From Hemiscyllium ocellatum (Eukaryota), in assembly GCF_020745735.1 (NCBI RefSeq), contig NC_083407.1, positions 89,333,857 to 89,397,856 of the forward strand: 64,000 nucleotides of DNA, in the 5' to 3' direction. Position 1 is the stretch's first letter. Each line of letters starts with the position of its first letter. The position numbers were made by a program, and so were the translations under genes. The notes under the pieces were generated by a model. It searched no databases, had not been told where the DNA came from, and saw nothing but the letters and a program-made list of their open reading frames with translations. Shown here in pieces: positions 58,474 to 64,000 of this stretch.

Positions 58474-61125
58474 ATGGGAAGAGTAAGATTCATGCTTTTG
58501 GTTCACACAATCAGGACAGCACTGAAAGAGATCATTCGCACATAGTATTGGACATTTTTACACAACGCAGAAGTACCTCACCTTGTTACATTATTAATCT
58601 GTAATTGAACTGTTTCCCCACAGATCATCTTTTACGAGGACAGGAACTTCCAGGGGCGGCACTATGAGTGCAGCAGTGACTGTGCCGACCTGTCCCCTTA
58701 CTTCAGCCGCTGTAACTCCATCCGTGTTGAGAGTGACTGGTGGGTGCTGTATGAGAAACCCAATTACATGGGATACCAGTATGTTCTGACCAGGGGAGAG
58801 TATCCTGACTACCAGCTGGATGGGATTCAATGAATGTGTCAGGTCATGTCGCTCCTACCCACAGGCAAGTGACAAAGTTGATCCAATTGTTTATTGCTAA
58901 TGGGAATTGTTTATTTTTGCAGGAGGGTTTCCATCCTTTTAACAATGTTCCAATGCTAAATTGGTGTTAATTTGATATAAACACTCATGCAATCCCAACT
59001 GAAGGTATCCAGTTCAGGACAACGTACATGAAGAAGATGTGAAGGCTTCGAAAGGCAGAGAAGGGATTCACTCAGGTGGTCCCGGGGTTGAAGGATTACA
59101 GTTACATGGATAAACTGGAGAAACTCCGGAATTCCTCTTTGGAGCAGGAAACAGTGGATGAGATTTCATGGAACTCTTTAAAGTCAAGAAGGGCATACAA
59201 AGTAAATAAAAGAGAAACTATGGGCGGCACGGTGGCACAGTATGGGCGGCACGGTGGCACAGTATGGGCGGCACGGTGGCACAGTGGTTAGCACTGCTGC
59301 CTCACAGCGCCTGAAGACCCGGGTTCAATTCCCGACTCAGGCGACTGACTGTGTGGAGTTTGCACGTTCTCCCCGTGTCTGCGTGGGTTTCCTCCGGGTG
59401 CTCCGGTTTCCTCCCACAGTCCAAAGATGTGCGGGTCAGGTGAATTGGCCATGCTAAATTGCCCGTAGTGTTAGGTAAGGGGTAATGTAGGGGTATGGGT
59501 GGGTTTCGCTTCGGCGGGTCGGTGTGGACTTGTTGGGCCGAAGGGCCTGTTTCCACACTGTAAGTCTAATCTAAAATCTAATATTTCCAAAGCCTGGAAG
59601 GTCAACACTGGGTGGATTTGGGGATTAAAATGCTACTGGATTGAGAAAGGTAAGGAATGGACATAAATCCATCTGGAGTGAAGAATCACTTTGGACTGGC
59701 TCTGAAAGAACACAATGTCCATGTAGGAGACCGTGGGAAGTATAATCGTAGGAAAGGACATGCAGTTGTGGTTAAAAGCTAATGGGGGAAGGTTCCCTTC
59801 TGTATTAAAATGATAAGACACTGACAACGTGATCTTTATTGAGTATTGCTTGTCATAATGAAGGCCTGAATGTGAAAGTGGTGTCATCCTTTCAGCTGAT
59901 CATCGAATGTTTTTTTAAGAAAATGTGATTGGTGTCTGTGAAGCTATTGAACTCCAAACCTATCTTTCATGGTCAGAGATTTTCCTGAAGTTTTGGCTAC
60001 GGCTCAAGGGAAGTGAGTCTGCCAGCCTCACTCTCAATCCTTAAAAATTTAATGTTTTCAATTTGATCATAAGGTTCCATTCAGATTCCTGTGTGGCAGA
60101 CCATAGAGACTGGCTGTCTTTAGCTTCATTCTCTCTCTGTCTATCTCCCTTAGATACTGGCAGACTGACTTATCTCTGAATACGAGGAATATCTTTCAGA
60201 AAACTAGTATCCTGATCTTTCACAATCATTTGCTCTGGATGTTTCCCTTCTCAATTCCCATTGCAGTCCAACCCTATAGAACGTAAATCCAAGTAGAAAT
60301 GCTAACTAACTAACATTATTTTGCCAAACTCTCTTTTAGCAAAAAAACTAAACAGACATTTCAATCATAACATTTAGAAAATTGTAACAATAACAAACCA
60401 TTTACAGCTTCCTGAGAGTTTGGGCAATGGCTGTCCATATACCATTAGCAGAGATATGTTTCTGCCATTGACTCCAAGTGTGAACAACGTACCTTTGTAA
60501 CTTCACCCCAATAAGAGTCTGACTCAAGCCACCCAGGTTTACTCCCGGAAATTAAAACATGACCTCCCTCCAGTCTTCACTGTACTGCAGACTAATACAC
60601 CAACCCCAAAAACAACCCAATCTTTTATTTCTTTTTAACTTTTTCCCAGTATCTCAGGTTTAGAAATACAGATTCCATTGCTGACTTGAAAGAGAAATTG
60701 GTTAACTATTTTGGAAGTGTAAACATTGTGGGTTGTAAAGGTAGCCTGGAGGACTGGGTCTTAATGGATTGCATTTTGAAAGCGCTCAATTGCAGTGGGA
60801 TGAATGGCTTCTTAACCTGCCGTAGTGATTCGCTCTCTCTGTATTCCAGTACTGAGGAGGCTCCTACAGAATGAGGGTTTATGAGAGGCCTGACTTTGGA
60901 GGACAGATGATGGAATTCATGGATGACTGTCCATCTGTCTATGATCATTTCTGTTACCGTGACATCCACTCCTGCCATGTGATGGACGGTTACTGGATCT
61001 TCTATGAACATCCCAACCCCAGAGGGCGCCAGTACTTCATGAGACCCAGTGAATACAGGAGATACAGTGACTGGGGAGGCTACAGCTCAACTATCGGGTC
61101 TTTCAGGCGAATGAGAGATTTCTAG
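58474..61125 (+). pseudogene. cryg: Gamma-crystallin copy G, frameshift plus nonsense; exons 58474-58482, 58624-58864, 60850-61125
   Basis: Same 2-bp deletion as F (stop 58831-58833). Exon 3 begins TAC TGA (60853-60855); missense DHFCY, PNPRG, RPSEY. AATAAA at 61175-61180. Confidence 0.9.
59219..59581 (+). mobile_element. Young HE1-type SINE with triplicated 22-bp 5' end, in gene G intron 2
   Basis: tatgggcggcacggtggcacag x3 (59219-59284); empty site in F near 49000. Confidence 0.92.
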
Positions 61126-62799
61126 AGTGTGGCTGTTCAGCATTATTTTACGTTGAAATAATTTTCAGAATGCAAATAAAACATCCATCATTGAACTACT
61201 AACTTGCTACATTTGGAAATTTTATGAAAATCATGTACAGCCTTTTCTAATAATTTAAGTGCAGTGACATAACTTAGTAAAGCAAGTTAATAATAATTTA
61301 TCATATTGAAACAATTCCTAAAATTAATAGAAAGGAATATACACAATTAATTTAGCTTGTTTTACTTGTAGACATTGTAATGATAGCTGTGCTTGCTAAT
61401 ATCAAACATCATGCACTTTATTAAAGATATCTCTTAAAAACGTAGTCACAAATATTTACTAATTAATGATAACATTTTAATGAAAGAGTAAACTGGAGGA
61501 CAGAATAAAATGTAAAACAAAGGAAAGCTCATTCTAAATTTCAAAATTGGAGAATTCTAAAAAAAAGCAGCATGTTATAACATTATTTTATAGTCGTTTC
61601 ATAAATTAAATGTAAGACAAAGTAAACTGGTTCTTTTAATGTTAAATAACTGCCTTATTATAGTGAATAGGTGGCCAGTCTTTGGTGTCCGCAAACAGAT
61701 TGTTATATTCCCAATCAAATATGTGCATCTCCTACTCCCAACAGAAACTGAACTGGATCAGCCATGTCAATGCCATGGCTTCAAGTCATGCCCGTGACAG
61801 AGAGGCCCATTAGAGTCCATTAAAGGGGCCGAAGGCTCTTGTTGACTTAGTCTGTTCAGGTCAGAAGCAGGGTCACTCTGTTCTGGTGAGAGGCCGAAGG
61901 TCTGGGCCAGGATCAACATCAGTGCCTTTGATTTCTGAACTTGCCCCTGGCTGCAAGACCAGTTCAGAGGCTCAGAATTCTGAACAAAAAAAATGACCTG
62001 CCACCTGCTCAAAATGCTTTTTAACAATCTGTTTCCTAGAGGGTAGATTCTGGCCCATTAGTGGCTCACAACAACTTGGGATATAGTTCTGTTTAGCAAG
62101 GGACCCCTTTATTACGCCACCAAACAATGGCACATACTCACAATGACTTTGCTTGCTTACAAGTCCCACAAATCAAGATCTCCCTCAGGTGGTCAATCCA
62201 ACAACAGTTCCCTTGATGTGATTTCAGAGCAAATTACCCGTCTGCTGTACCCAGCTGCAACCATGAGTCCTTTACCCCAAAGATTGCCCCTTCCCTTACT
62301 ATGACTGTTCCACATACGGTAATATCTGGCTCTGGCCCATTTAGCTGGTTTTTAATTACATCACTGACCTGTTTGAAGCTTTTTCCAGATGAATGCTCTC
62401 TGGGCCTCTCTTCAAGGTTACATTTGGAGTAAAACAGGTGAGTCTCTGAAGTGTTATCTTCGACTCTCTCACCTTTATGGTTGTAGGAACAATGAGGCAC
62501 TGTTCTCTGAGACAAATCCACCATTTTTTTTAAAATACTTTGCAGACTTTGGCAAAATTATGCATCTTAACCAATAGCTTCGCATCCTACCCTCCTGCTC
62601 TCATTTCCACAAGGCAGTTCTTCAATCAGGTTTCTTCATTACCCTCTCATGTTATAAAACCTTGACTTATGGATCTTTACTTCAACCAATTTACATTCAT
62701 TAGTAGGATGGAACTAAATTCACAGTTACACCGTTTAAAGTGAATAATACAAGTGTAAACAATGCAATGGTTTAAAGAGTCTTGGTTTGTTTATTGGCT

Positions 62800-63490
62800 T
62801 ACATCTAAAGGCACTTGTTAATGTGATGGAATACTTCCCACTTGCCTGGACAAGCGAAACTCCAACAGCATTTCAGGAGTTTAACACCATCCAGGACAAT
62901 TTAGCTGACTTGTTTAGTACATTCACCATTCATTTCCTCCACTAACAAGGCACAGTGGCAAGAGTGTAAGCCATCTCCAAGATGAAAGTCACCCTAGTCC
63001 CATAGGCTGCTATTCATTAGAGAGAAATGACTAGTGATGAATTTATCCTGAGGGTCACCACACTTCAATCAAAAGGCAAGGCCTCCCTGGTGAGCCAAGC
63101 CAATACAGGAATCGAACCTACACTATTGTAGTTACTCTGCATTGCAAACCAGCCATACAGCCAACTGAGCTAACAGACGCACTGCAATAACTCACAAAAG
63201 CTCCTTCCACCGAGCTTGTCAAGCCTGTCACCTCTACCATCTTGAAGGACAAGGAAAGGAAATGCATAGGTACACCACTTCCTGCAAGTTCTCCTTCCAA
63301 ACACGCACAATCCTAACTTTCAACTCTACCACCCTTCCATCACTATCACTGAATAAAAAAATTAAAACTCCTTTTCTAACAGCCTTATGTGTGTACCTCT
63401 ATGTGGGCTACTGTTCTTCAAGAATGCAACACACCACCACCTTCTTGAGTGCAATTGGGGGTGGGCAACAAATAATAGCTTGGCTGGCAT
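62800..63490 (+). mobile_element. Decayed CR1-group LINE 3' end with an antisense tRNA-derived SINE fragment (about 62985-63140)
   Basis: VMEYFPLAW..FNTIQD-like motif; tagctcagttgg...ggttcgattcc A/B boxes on the minus strand. Confidence 0.55.
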
Positions 63491-64000
63491 CCTCTTCATC
63501 TGTAATAAATGAAGAAAAAATTATATCACTGCTTTTCTTGTTAGATTACAGCTTTGTATTACTCTAGCACCATTAAAGTGATGCAACACCCGAAGTTGTT
63601 ACACAGAAAAAAAAAGTACATCTTTTGGGGAGGATAGTCAAACTTTGCGGTGTTGCTTTTGAAAGAGGGAAGAGAATTTGACCAACAATCTGGGCTCAGC
63701 ATTGCGGGAGCAATAGACCATTCCATATCCCAAGGTGCAATGGAACATTATAGAGAGAAGGCAAGCATCAGGAGAGAGGAGGACATTCTGTTACAAGCTT
63801 GGACCACACCCAAAACCTCTTCATTGGGATGACTTCAAATGATATCTCTCATAATTAGTCTCTGATTATCTGAAACTTAAGCAATGTTTGTTCCGAATGT
63901 GTTATGAGTCTCCAAATGTACACGTTTCAATTTCACTGCTGAATCACCAGATATATTGTTCAATGAAAAGCCATGGTCTCTTTAGAAAAGAGTAGACAAA

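Larger units (their letters stand above)
35235..61125 (+). repeat. Tandem segmental duplication: 35235-50760 vs 50761-61125
   Basis: E 3'UTR/flank matches F 3'UTR/flank; upstream region and introns of F match those of G. Confidence 0.85.

Noticed and set aside
59219-59284. CRISPR-like repeat array
   Set aside because: Direct tandem repeats with no spacers, in vertebrate DNA, with no cas genes.
59263-59335. tRNA genes
   Set aside because: tRNA-like A/B boxes are SINE heads continuing into V-domain and tail; no complete cloverleaf.
60853-60855. Shared in-frame TGA in A and G as selenocysteine or readthrough
   Set aside because: It replaces an Arg CGA by CpG transition, both copies carry other lesions, and I see no SECIS-like hairpin.
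61760-62530. Coding-looking decayed segment (also 1130-1750)
   Set aside because: No motif I can recognise with confidence; probably old TE debris, needs a translated search.

Overview
Eukaryotic, repeat-rich DNA that is almost certainly from a shark (elasmobranch HE1-type V-SINEs, CR1/HER1-type LINEs, Penelope-like elements). The window holds part of a tandem gamma-crystallin array (type usually annotated 'gamma-crystallin S-1-like' in sharks; three coding exons of 9/243/276 nt, 175 aa). It is arranged divergently: copies A-D on the minus strand, E-G on the plus strand (letters are my labels). B, C, D and E are intact. A is an orphan exon 3 with a stop, and F and G share a 2-bp frameshift. 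Paralog comparison shows exon-restricted homogenisation, an apparent chimeric gene (F), a frameshift probably spread by gene conversion, and 5 of 12 introns with GC donors. The most unusual non-gene signal is two unrelated families of short, TSD-flanked, often fold-back elements centred on a minimal hammerhead-ribozyme motif (Penelope-derived), several with empty sites in paralogous units. A near full-length CR1 LINE carries a U-UUA-AAC slippery heptamer exactly at its ORF1/ORF2 junction and an intron-like 5'UTR segment. All alignments were done by eye; TE boundaries are approximate unless a TSD is given.
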